Below are positions 43,734 through 53,900 of a stretch of DNA of 64,000 bases, one piece after another. The DNA lies in the IMG/VR virus record IMGVR_UViG_2529292751_000001, positions 61,735 to 125,734 of that record; one strand, 5' to 3'. This DNA comes from a virus. Lineage: Duplodnaviria > Heunggongvirae > Uroviricota > Caudoviricetes. A model generated the notes under the pieces. The model was not told the origin of the DNA. It made no database searches and saw nothing but the letters and a program-made list of their open reading frames with translations. The first letter of the stretch is position 1. The number at the start of each line of letters is the position of its first letter. The translations under genes were made by a program, and so were the position numbers.

Positions 43734-45854
43734 TTATGGACGGTCAAATTCGATAGAGAATCCATAAGATATGATACCATTTGCTTCACTATTTTTGAAA
43801 ATATCTTCAGCATTTAATGGAACTGTTCCGCGATGGTCTGAGCCACCGATTGAACCAGTATCTAATTCATCACCTGTTAGATTTAACGATACACCTGTCT
43901 TCACATAGTTAACTGCATTAGCAGAGAAGTTATTTACAAAGTCTGTAAATGTACCAAATGGTGTATGAGCCACAATAGCATCTTTAATTAATTCGTTTGC
44001 CTTATAACCCCTCTTATCAGAGTCCTTTATGTGCTTCATAATATCCTTCATAGTTTTACCGCTAGAAAGATTCTTATCTAAATACTTCATGATAATGTAT
44101 CCCGCTCCATAATCATCTGATAAGCTCTCCCATTGTCCGCCATTCAACAGCCTTGTAGCTCTTGCGATTAAAGCATTCAGTCTCGTATCGGAAATTTTAC
44201 CGCCCTCAACAATAATAGTCTTTAATCGCTCATCAGCACCATGAATAAACTCACCAGAACCTTCTTTAAACCATTCTTGCATATACATCGTTTTATCCAT
44301 GCCAAATGCATTATTCATAACAGCATGAACCATTTCGTGACCGAGAATACGGTCATTATGGTCGCCTTTACCCAATTCATTATCCCCACTCTCTCCTACT
44401 CCTGTGCCGAAATCTGCTAGGTCAATAGTCAAGGTTTGGATATCAAATCCTAAGTATCCAGTTACATATGCTGTCGTGCCACCTACTGATTGATGCTCAA
44501 ATCTTATAACTATCTTAGATTTATTTCCTTCTAATCCATAGAAGTCTTTAATTCTTTTTTCTCCTAATGAGAGCCACCCTTTGTTTTCAATGCCATCGAT
44601 AACTAGTTCGATAGATTCCTTATACTTCTCAGAAGCATCTTCCCCATCAAAAGCAGTATCATAATACATCTTATGACAGCCTATCTGCATCGTATCGCTA
44701 ACTCCTAGACCGATAGAAATTGATTCTACTAGATATTCTTCAAGTTCTTTCGTGGCATGATTAGTTACAAGAATAATATTATTTGCATCTAAGTAATAGA
44801 TAGGCAACGAATCAATATTCAACTTTTCTTGCATATTACTATTCTTAAATAGTTCGAATCTAGCGCGAGATTGGCATTGTTCTGGTGAACTATAGTTTCC
44901 ATCAGATACAACCATCTTTCTTAGACCTATTTCATCTTCATGGAAAGGAGATTCTTTGTTTGTAATAGATGAATCTGCTTTGGGCGTAATACCAGTTTCA
45001 CTATTTACTTGACCAACTACAACTACTTTGTTTTTTACACTTTTATACGAAAATGTCTCAGAGAAGCTTGTAATTAAATCGCCCTCATCTGAAAAGTTCC
45101 ACATGATAGGCTCTCCGCCCTTTTTCTGGATTTTCATCTTTCTAAAAATGAACTTTCCGCTCACATCGTAGAACGCTTCCCAATCCATATATAAGTCTCT
45201 TATCTTTGTGATAATATCTATAACATTTTGACCTTCATTGAATTCTAGCGCATAAGGAACTGTAAGGTCTGTCCATTCTATAGATGTATTAAATTCTCCA
45301 TTCTGATTTAATACCATGCTCATCGCAATATGAATAGGAGTTCCTGCAGGAATAGCAACCTTATTCTCTAAAGGAGAATCTTCCCATTTCATCATGTAAT
45401 CCTGTAGGTCTATTGTTATCGAACGACTGTCGTTCCCAATACTAATGCTAGGCTCTGTAATAAAAAATGTTCCTAAGCAGAAGTGTGTAACCGTATTGTC
45501 TTGTGTTGCCAAATTTTCGATACCTGCATAAACGCGAATTTTATTCGTCATCCATAAGAGACTTTGTTTTCTTGGTAACAGAGAGTCAAAGAGGACGAAG
45601 GACAGAGAGCCTGTCCGTCTAATTAGGCTACCGCCCTCAATATTAATATTCCCACCTGTCGATAAGCCTTGAATAGTCTCAATAACCCTATCGTTTTTAT
45701 CAATTACCTCTACTGTGATATGAAGTCTTCTAATGGATTGTAAATGCAAGTTCGCATATTCGACTATCTTACTATGAACATCTTGATTATTCATAACGAT
45801 ATTACCTTGAATATAATTGCTAGATTGCACTAATGATTTCCCCCTCATCATCAA
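43734..45854 (-). CDS. tail protein with an embedded zincin-like metallopeptidase motif (HEMVH...E)
   Basis: 706 aa; HExxH at GHEMVHAVMN; position after TMP/Dit-like genes; start at 45854 or 45794. Confidence 0.5.
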   Translation of the reverse strand: MMMRGKSLVQSSNYIQGNIVMNNQDVHSKIVEYANLHLQSIRRLHITVEVIDKNDRVIETIQGLSTGGNINIEGGSLIRRTGSLSFVLFDSLLPRKQSLLWMTNKIRVYAGIENLATQDNTVTHFCLGTFFITEPSISIGNDSRSITIDLQDYMMKWEDSPLENKVAIPAGTPIHIAMSMVLNQNGEFNTSIEWTDLTVPYALEFNEGQNVIDIITKIRDLYMDWEAFYDVSGKFIFRKMKIQKKGGEPIMWNFSDEGDLITSFSETFSYKSVKNKVVVVGQVNSETGITPKADSSITNKESPFHEDEIGLRKMVVSDGNYSSPEQCQSRARFELFKNSNMQEKLNIDSLPIYYLDANNIILVTNHATKELEEYLVESISIGLGVSDTMQIGCHKMYYDTAFDGEDASEKYKESIELVIDGIENKGWLSLGEKRIKDFYGLEGNKSKIVIRFEHQSVGGTTAYVTGYLGFDIQTLTIDLADFGTGVGESGDNELGKGDHNDRILGHEMVHAVMNNAFGMDKTMYMQEWFKEGSGEFIHGADERLKTIIVEGGKISDTRLNALIARATRLLNGGQWESLSDDYGAGYIIMKYLDKNLSSGKTMKDIMKHIKDSDKRGYKANELIKDAIVAHTPFGTFTDFVNNFSANAVNYVKTGVSLNLTGDELDTGSIGGSDHRGTVPLNAEDIFKNSEANGIISYGFSIEFDRP

Positions 45855-46773
45855 ATGTAAACTTTCCTAATTCAGCAGTTGAAATCAAATCATTCTTAAG
45901 CATATTACTAAAGTTTAATTCGCCAATTTCTGTGTAGTCAAAGGTTACTGTTGCTAGGTCTCTTAAAGCGCCTTCCTTATGCTGAGATGAGACGTTTTGT
46001 GTAGCAATTAGAATAAGTACCCCACTATCCATTCGCAATACTTTTGCTTTATGGTTATTTAAGAAATCAAGCCAGTCTTGACGATTGATTTGCTCTGCCA
46101 ATTTGTCAATTCCTCCACCTGCCATAGCAATTGTTTCTTTTGACAATGGTAAGGTTGATAGATTACCGCTTCTGTAATTACTATTGCCAAATGTTACAAT
46201 TGGATATGCACCATTAATAGGCTGGTTTACACTAGATGCTTGGTTATATGTTACATCCCCTAATGAGATATCATATTCAAGTCTCTTATTTTCTTTTCTA
46301 TCCGTTAGGAAAATACCTTCGTACTCCGACTTAATCTGGTCTGATTTAAGCATATCTCCAATAACTTCATTTGCTACTGGGACAATTGCGTACTGGTATG
46401 TAGCCCCATTCTGGACGTATCTATCAACGTAATTGTACACATTGTACTCTTTGTTATAATCAAATTGTGCGACTAAATCCCACTTATTACTTCCATACAC
46501 AGAGCGATACAACTGAATGTGAGTTACTTTAAATCCTTCTGCACCAATAGAGCCTGCATCTAAGTCTCCTGTAAACTTGGAATCCATGATAGTAGTCAGT
46601 GTCCACATGAATGGCTTCGCTGTATCATTCGCGATTTGCGTGTTTAAGTCGATATAGATTTCATCGTATGTACCTTCATTAATATTTAACTCATCCATCA
46701 TATCTGTACACACTGGAGTATCAAATATAGTCCCACCATGTTCATAATTAAAGAAGTTGTATCCAATAATCAC
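45820..46773 (-). CDS. tail structural protein (317 aa)
   Basis: ORF track; module context. Confidence 0.45.
   Translation of the reverse strand: MIIGYNFFNYEHGGTIFDTPVCTDMMDELNINEGTYDEIYIDLNTQIANDTAKPFMWTLTTIMDSKFTGDLDAGSIGAEGFKVTHIQLYRSVYGSNKWDLVAQFDYNKEYNVYNYVDRYVQNGATYQYAIVPVANEVIGDMLKSDQIKSEYEGIFLTDRKENKRLEYDISLGDVTYNQASSVNQPINGAYPIVTFGNSNYRSGNLSTLPLSKETIAMAGGGIDKLAEQINRQDWLDFLNNHKAKVLRMDSGVLILIATQNVSSQHKEGALRDLATVTFDYTEIGELNFSNMLKNDLISTAELGKFTFDDEGEIISAI
46026..46046 (-). promoter_or_regulatory. partial copy of the conserved element (AAAGCAAAAGTATTGCGAATGG) inside a CDS
   Basis: 14-nt core match. Confidence 0.3.
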
Positions 46774-46786
46774 ATTATCACCTCTC

Positions 46787-47881
46787 TTATAAAATCTTTA
46801 ATTCTAAATCGATTCTATGTTCTATGACTTTTACATAAAGCATAAAAGCAGTTCCCTTAGGGATTGTCACGATATTTGAACAATATCTTGCTTTGACCCC
46901 CTTATATTCTTTGATAGCAAGAACTCTATCCTTATACTTCCATAGTTGGATAGGGAGGTCATTTTTAGTGCCTTTTTGACTCATCTCCATAAACATAGTG
47001 TCGTTTGGAATATCTTTGCACCAAACCTTCATAACGAAGTCTGAGGCGCGGTTCATTCCTAATCCTTTAAACATGATTGGTCTTTCTTTTGGAACGACAA
47101 TCCAATCATTGTCGATATACTCATAGTTATTACTATCCATACCATCGTCATCTACTTGTGGCGTACCTTCTACTTGCGTACCAAGAATTTGTTTTAAGTT
47201 GGATGTAATTCTAACGAATCCTTCTTCAGAATCGTTTCTGGTAGATATGACACCGTTAATAGATGGAACGATGTATAAAGGGATAAACCTCTCTCTGTGT
47301 GAGTGGACAAATCCATTCGTAGTCTCTACGATACATTCTATAAAGTATCCTTTACTCTTCTCTAATCCAGTTACTGTTTCCGTTAATCGATTTGGAGAGT
47401 CTATGGGCATTCTTAAAGGGAATTTCTCAATCACATCTTCATGCTCATCATACAGGATGAATCTATAATTCTTTACAGCTTCACCATTCGCCTGTGAATA
47501 CTTAGCTATGAAAGTTACATTAGCATTATATACATGCCCTAGACCATCGATATTATCAATGTCAAGAATAGGAGTCTTGACTGTCGCAAACACTACTTCT
47601 TGTGAATAAGGAGAGTATGTTGAATCGGAGAATTTCACTCTGATTTTCGCTACATATTTCTTACCGTTTTGTAATGCTCCGTCTGGTATATGATGAACTC
47701 GTTCAAAGCTACTCCACTCATGGTCATATACAGCCATACCTGTGTTCTTGTCGTAAATATGAAGATTGTTGACCATCGACTGTTGACTACCAGTGTATGT
47801 GAAGTAAACACTTGTACCTTTTGTTGCATCAAACGGTTCTATTCTTTGTAAAAATGGTTGAATGTCTTGAATCTCTGCCAT
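46787..47881 (-). CDS. tail component immediately downstream of the tape measure (distal-tail-protein position)
   Basis: gene order only. Confidence 0.45.
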   Translation of the reverse strand: MAEIQDIQPFLQRIEPFDATKGTSVYFTYTGSQQSMVNNLHIYDKNTGMAVYDHEWSSFERVHHIPDGALQNGKKYVAKIRVKFSDSTYSPYSQEVVFATVKTPILDIDNIDGLGHVYNANVTFIAKYSQANGEAVKNYRFILYDEHEDVIEKFPLRMPIDSPNRLTETVTGLEKSKGYFIECIVETTNGFVHSHRERFIPLYIVPSINGVISTRNDSEEGFVRITSNLKQILGTQVEGTPQVDDDGMDSNNYEYIDNDWIVVPKERPIMFKGLGMNRASDFVMKVWCKDIPNDTMFMEMSQKGTKNDLPIQLWKYKDRVLAIKEYKGVKARYCSNIVTIPKGTAFMLYVKVIEHRIDLELKIL

Positions 47882-47893
47882 TTAAACACCCTC

Positions 47894-47913
47894 TCTGCAA
47901 TACTTTTGTTTTA
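47894..47913 (-). promoter_or_regulatory. conserved element, copy 21 (minus strand)
   Basis: TAAAACAAAAGTATTGCAGA; GAGGGTG SD follows. Confidence 0.85.
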
Positions 47914-47937
47914 GGGGAGTAATTAAACTCCCCTAAG
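47913..47937 (-). other. perfect 9-bp stem-loop (TAGGGGAGT/ACTCCCCTA) abutting motif copy 21
   Basis: read directly from the sequence. Confidence 0.55.
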
Positions 47938-47943
47938 CATCAA

Positions 47944-50900
47944 TTATAGTTTATTCTTGCTCTTTTGTAAAGCAATTTGTGGAAGAGATAGAATCGCATC
48001 CTTAATTCCATCAGCAGTCTTAATGTTAGGGAATTCAATATTATCGATAGTGATTTGAGTTGGAGAACTCGCAACACTTCTAGATACTGCCTGTGCATTA
48101 AACGTATTTGGCAATCGAGACAGCAACGCATCCGCGAACACCTTTCCTAGCTCACTGCTGATTTCAGTGAATGTCTTTTTCAATTCCTTGTTAAAGTCAT
48201 TAGAAATAGGCTTCATAATGTCTTCTACTGGCAATTTAGACAACACATCTTCGTTACCTTTGATGTATTTAGAATACGCATCAACTAACTCTTTTACGTA
48301 ATCTGATTGGATTTGCGGGAAGTCTCCCAAGATAGATTCGAATGCATCGCCAAGTTCTTTAATTGCATTTTCAAACTCTTTAACAGTTTCGTAATCTCCA
48401 TCTTTAGCATTAGAAAGAATCTTATCTAATTGGCTCAAGTAATCCTCTCTTGCCTTTTCCTCCATTTTCTGAAGTTCTAGTTTGGCTTTTTCAAGGTCTT
48501 CTTTCGCCTTATCAAGTTCCTTCTGGTCAGCTTCATAAACCCAATCCCATTGACCAAATTCGTTCTGCTTTAATGTCTGAACTTTCTTCTCTTGGTTAAG
48601 ATTATTAATCTTATTCTGAAGCTCAACAATATCAAGCTGTTTGTTTAGGTAGTCCATTTCGAACTTGCTTAGTTTCTCTTGCTTATCAAGAAGAGCTAGT
48701 TTATCCTCGTTAATAGAAGTTCCAAGGTCAGCCATTCTCTTATACATTTTCTCTAATGCAATTTCTCGTTCTAATCCTTCTATCCACAGCTCTTGATGTT
48801 GTTTCCAAGCTTTCTGAGTTTTCCCTCCGAACAGCTCTTTTTCCATCTTGTCGGTGATATTATTGAATGAGTTATCCATAATATTCTTGTTAATCTGAAG
48901 CAGTTCTTTATTACTATCGTTAAGTTGCTTATTGTATTGCTCAACTTGTGCATTGATTAGATTCCACTCGAAACTTCCTTTCTCATACAGACCAAGCTGT
49001 TGATTTAAGTAGTTTAGAGACTTCTTGATTTCAGCATTCTTATTTTGCTCCACATTAAGCTGTTCACCTAGAATAGTACCCTTTGTTGTTGTATTATTCT
49101 TGTCTAGTAAGTTGACGATACTTGTGAGGTAATCTAGACTAGCAGATGCCTTATCATACTCTTTAACAGCTTTGCTAAGTAGGCTAAATTCAAATTCGAA
49201 TCGCTTCTTAATAGAATCTTTAATGCTATTTTGAGCGCCTACATTATCCTTTTCATAAGTAGAAATTTGCTGTTTAATTTTTTCAACTTGGTCATCTGTT
49301 AAGCTTGTATCCTGTAACTGACGATTCAATTCTTCAATTGCCTCATTGTTACCTTGGATGTTCGCTCTCAGATACTTCTCTTGTAGCTTCATGCTGTCGA
49401 TAATATATTTATTAGTTAGAGAGTCTTTTTCATCTGGGTTTAGAGCTGAAGCGAGATTGCGTTCGTATTCTTTTAGAAGTGCCGACTGCTCTTTCTGAAC
49501 TTCTTTAATATACTTCGTAAGTTGTCCTGCTACAAGAGTACCGTATCCTGCATCAATCTTATTGATATCACCCATATCTCCCAACACTGAAGACGATACT
49601 CTTGACATCGATAAGTCTTGACCGTTCTTGTAAGCATATTCTAATCCTAAAAGCTGATTATACATTTGTTTATTGATATCTAATATGGAATTAGCAACCC
49701 ACTCTGTTCTCTCAACGTTTTTCTTAGCATATCCTGCTAACGCTTCTTGAACTTCTTTTTCGAGATTAATACGCTCTATAGCCATTTGCTGAAGTCTATT
49801 ATCTCTAGATAGGTCAAGCTCAGTAATATTGGAACTGTATAAGTCTCCAACTCCAGTTCTGCTTAAAAGACCATCTTGCAAGTTCTTTACAACATTATCA
49901 ATCTTAGTGTTATTTTCATCGATTGCAGAATTGAATTTGTTCATATCTTCGGTGATACGACTAATTTCAATATCGTTCATCGCTTGACGATACTTTATAA
50001 CAGCATCTGCCTGAGCTAGAATTGCAGAACTAACTTTCTGTAGCTGAGATTGAATTTGAGAGCCATTCTCCTTGAATTGTACTGACATAGTAGATAGGCG
50101 ATTAAACTCATTAATCAATTCAGACATGTTCTGCTTAGATTCATTTAAAGCTCTTGCGTTAAGATGTAAGGCAAGTTCCTTATCCTGTGAGCCAACGAAA
50201 CCAAGCTTTCTAGAAGTTATAGCATCTGAATTCGTTACTTTCGTAAGAATTGCATCTACTCTCTTCATTGTAGGCTCAAGGTTTTTTAGCTCTTCTGTAA
50301 TTTTAGCTTTCTCGATAGTGTCATCAAGACCTTTGACGTTAGAATTTAAGTTGGCAATGGTATCCTGCAATCCACCTATTTCGGTATAAAGGGATTTCCA
50401 TCTATTTAGCAATTCCTCTGCTTTTTGAGCAGACTCTCCTTTAAGGTCTTTAGCATGATACAGATTGTTAATATTATTAGTATCTGTATCTACCCAAAAT
50501 CCATAATCACTAAGCTTATTAAGGACTTCATCCAACTCTTTATCTTTGTAGTAAGATAAAATTTCATTATGAGACACTTGTTTTTTCAAAAGAGCTTGCT
50601 GTTGTTTGTAGAGCGGAATAAGCTTCGACTGGTCGTCCTTCGCTTCATTGATGGCGATAGTAAGGTTTTTCAGCTCTTTTTCAATGCTTGCACCCCTATA
50701 CATTTCTTGCCCCCAATAACGCCAAACAGACTCACTCACCGTAGCATTTTCATTCGCAGAGTTATAATCTCTGTCCGAATTATACTTAGAAACTCCCGAT
50801 ACGCTTCTACCAACACCTTTCACTGGGACTCCATTAGCACTTATAGAAGAGCTTTGACTAGAAGAGACGTTGCTCGCTACACTTGAAGACTTTCCTTGCT

Positions 50901-53900
50901 CTGGGGTAGATGATACAGACGCATCAACTTTCGCACCAGTTCCACTTCCTCTAATCTTATCTAGCAAACTCTTAGCTGATTTAGCCTTTTCAATTACCCA
51001 ATCTAGACCTTCGGCAACAACACTAGTTACAACTTTTGCAGGGATATCTTTATATGCCCCATTTAAAATGCCAATATCTTTTTCTGTATCCTTAGCTTGC
51101 TTACCACTTCTGTCAATTTCTTTCTGAACTTCTTGCTCTTTGTTTATGTGTTGACCAATAGCTATTAAGGCTTCCTCAGCAGTCTTAATAGTCGTGCCTT
51201 TTTCTTTTATCTTGGCATCAATATTATTTTGGATTTCTTTTTGTAAATTTTTGTCAGCCGCAATTTTTTCTGGGGCAATACCTGCATATTGCTTAAGTTC
51301 TCCGCCTAATGCTTCCACTTCATCTGCAGACAACTTGTGACCCTCAGCAACTTTCTTCTGAATATTAGCCAATTTATCAGAGGAGTCTCTCATATTACGA
51401 TATTGGCTAATCATAGCAGGATAAACCGCAGTTGCTTGCTCTGCTGTCAAGTTTGAAGCCTTCATATTCTTACCTTGTTTTAATAAAGCTTCCGCAGATG
51501 CATTAATAGAATGTTGCGCGGTCTCATATTCCTTACCTGCACTATTAATTTTCTTGCCCAATCCATCATACTCACCTTGCAACGTCTTAAGTGTCGCTTG
51601 CCACATCTTACGCTTTTGGTCATCTTCTGGAGAAGTCCCCAGTTTGCCCATAGCTGTGTTAATCTCGTCCATTTTACCTTTAACGACTTCCTGTTCACCT
51701 TTTAACTCCGCAATGGTTTGTTGGGACTCTTTCAGTTTCTCCCAGTCACCAGTCATCTGAGAGGCGATTTCGATAGTAGATTTTTCAGCTAATTCATCTT
51801 TCTTTTTCTTTAACTCATCTAGCTTAGCCTGCACTTCCTCGTAGCTATTAACTGTAACCTTAATATCTACCCCAAGGTCTTGACCCTGTTTCTCTATTTC
51901 ATCTTTAATCTTCATAAACTCGTCTTGTTCCATCCAAGCTTGTGTACCTTCTTGATTAGGGTCTTTATCAGTCTGCTTTGATTTGTCTATTTTCTCTTGC
52001 AACTTATCAAGGTTGGCTTGAGTTTTTTCAATCATACCATTAACTATAAAGTTTGTTGATTCAAATTTCTTAACCGACTGTTCATACTCTAAGGCTTGTT
52101 TTTCAGCACTCTTGAATAAATTGTCGTAAGCCCTACCCATATTATCGAACACAGGGACTCCAACGAAATCTAATAATAGTAAAGCGTCACCAACTAACGG
52201 AATCATTCCAAGCAGTTTACCAATACCCTTACCTACTGCAGAGATTTTGCTACTAGTTCCCTCTAGGACTGCGCCTGCGTTACTTGCACTTTGCACAGCA
52301 TTCCTAGTGCTATTGTTATTTCTGTTAGAGTCAGCGTTATTATTACTGTTATTATTCCTACCACCAGAATTAACGTTTCTAGAACCACCGTTGTTGATAT
52401 CTACAGTAGAAACATTAGAAACTCTTGCTTCTTTATTAAATAGTCGCGTTGCCCTTGTAGCTTCACCAATTTTACCTGTAAGAGTTCCGAAGTAGCTACC
52501 TACTTGAGACAAGTCCCTCATAATACCGCTTGCACCAGTTTTCATAGTATCAGTTAATTGTCTCATGCCATTACTCATAGCATGAATACCAACAGCAAAT
52601 GCAGTGAATTTTAATGCTTCCATGAATTTTTCATTCGTTGCTACATCTGCAAGTTTTTGAAGTGCTACAGTTACTGCATCGACCAATCCTGTTAAACCTG
52701 TAGAGTTTCCGATATTATTCATTAACTCCATCCAAGCGTTCTTAAGCTCTACCATTTTGAATTTAAGTGATGACGCTTGTTTTGCATGCTCTAAGTACGC
52801 AGAACCATTCGTGCCTTTCCCAAACTGTTCGTTGGTTTCTTTTGAAACCTCTTCAACTCGCTCCCACTGGTCAATGATACCACCAAGAATTTCGGCATGC
52901 TCTTTACCTGCTAAATAGAACTTCGCAGTACCCTTTTGCTCTTGAGAAAGAGAATCCCATTTTTTAACTAGGTCTCCTAAGATTGCGCTACCCTCACGCA
53001 TCTGACCATTAGAATCCTTAAAGTCTACTCCAATTTGCTTGAACCATGCAAATTTCTTTTGAGTGTCTGGAGTTAACTGAGAAGTGATATTAGTCATGTT
53101 CATGGAAATCGTTTTAATACCTGTACCAATACGCTCTCCACCCTTACGAGTAGCTTCCTGCGCTCCTGTAATCATACCTGTTAAATATCCAAAATCGATA
53201 CCAGTATCTTTTGCAGTATTCGCAGAACGAACGTAAGCTTTTCCGAGGTCATCCATTTCAATGGCGTGATTATTGGCAGTTTCGTTCATTACGTTGATTA
53301 CGTCATTCGTTTCAAGACCTTGCTTTCTAAATGCAAGCAAAGGAACTTCCATGTACTTAACCATGTCATCTGGTTTTAAGTTACCTACGAAAGAACCGAT
53401 TAGTGATACCTTCGCTTTTTCTTGCGCTTTTATAAACGTTTCACCAGATGTTACCCATGTTTCTACAGCTTTCATATAGTCATTGGCAGTTACACCAAGA
53501 GTAGAACCGACATCAAATGCAGTATCTTTAAAGCGATTTAAATCATCTTCTGAAGCCTGTGCAACCTTTGATACACCAATAAATGCCTCATCAAGCTCTC
53601 GCATAGGTTCTAAGACAGCTCGGATACCTTGTTCAAAGTTCGCGTATGTAGAATAGAAATCAACAACGCCATGAGCATCGTTGCTCATTCTATCTTTCTC
53701 TCTAGCTTCTGAACGAAGACGATTTAATCTTTGCTGAGCAGTTTGAGCCTGTTCAATAGCGTGAATTTCTCTCATTCGTTCTTGAACTAGAGAATTCTGG
53801 GCTGACAATGATGTCTTAATCGCGTCTGCCTTTGCTCTTTCGCTTGATAGCGCTCTTTCAATTTCAGCTCTTTCTCTTGTTCCTGCAAAAGCTAAATCTC

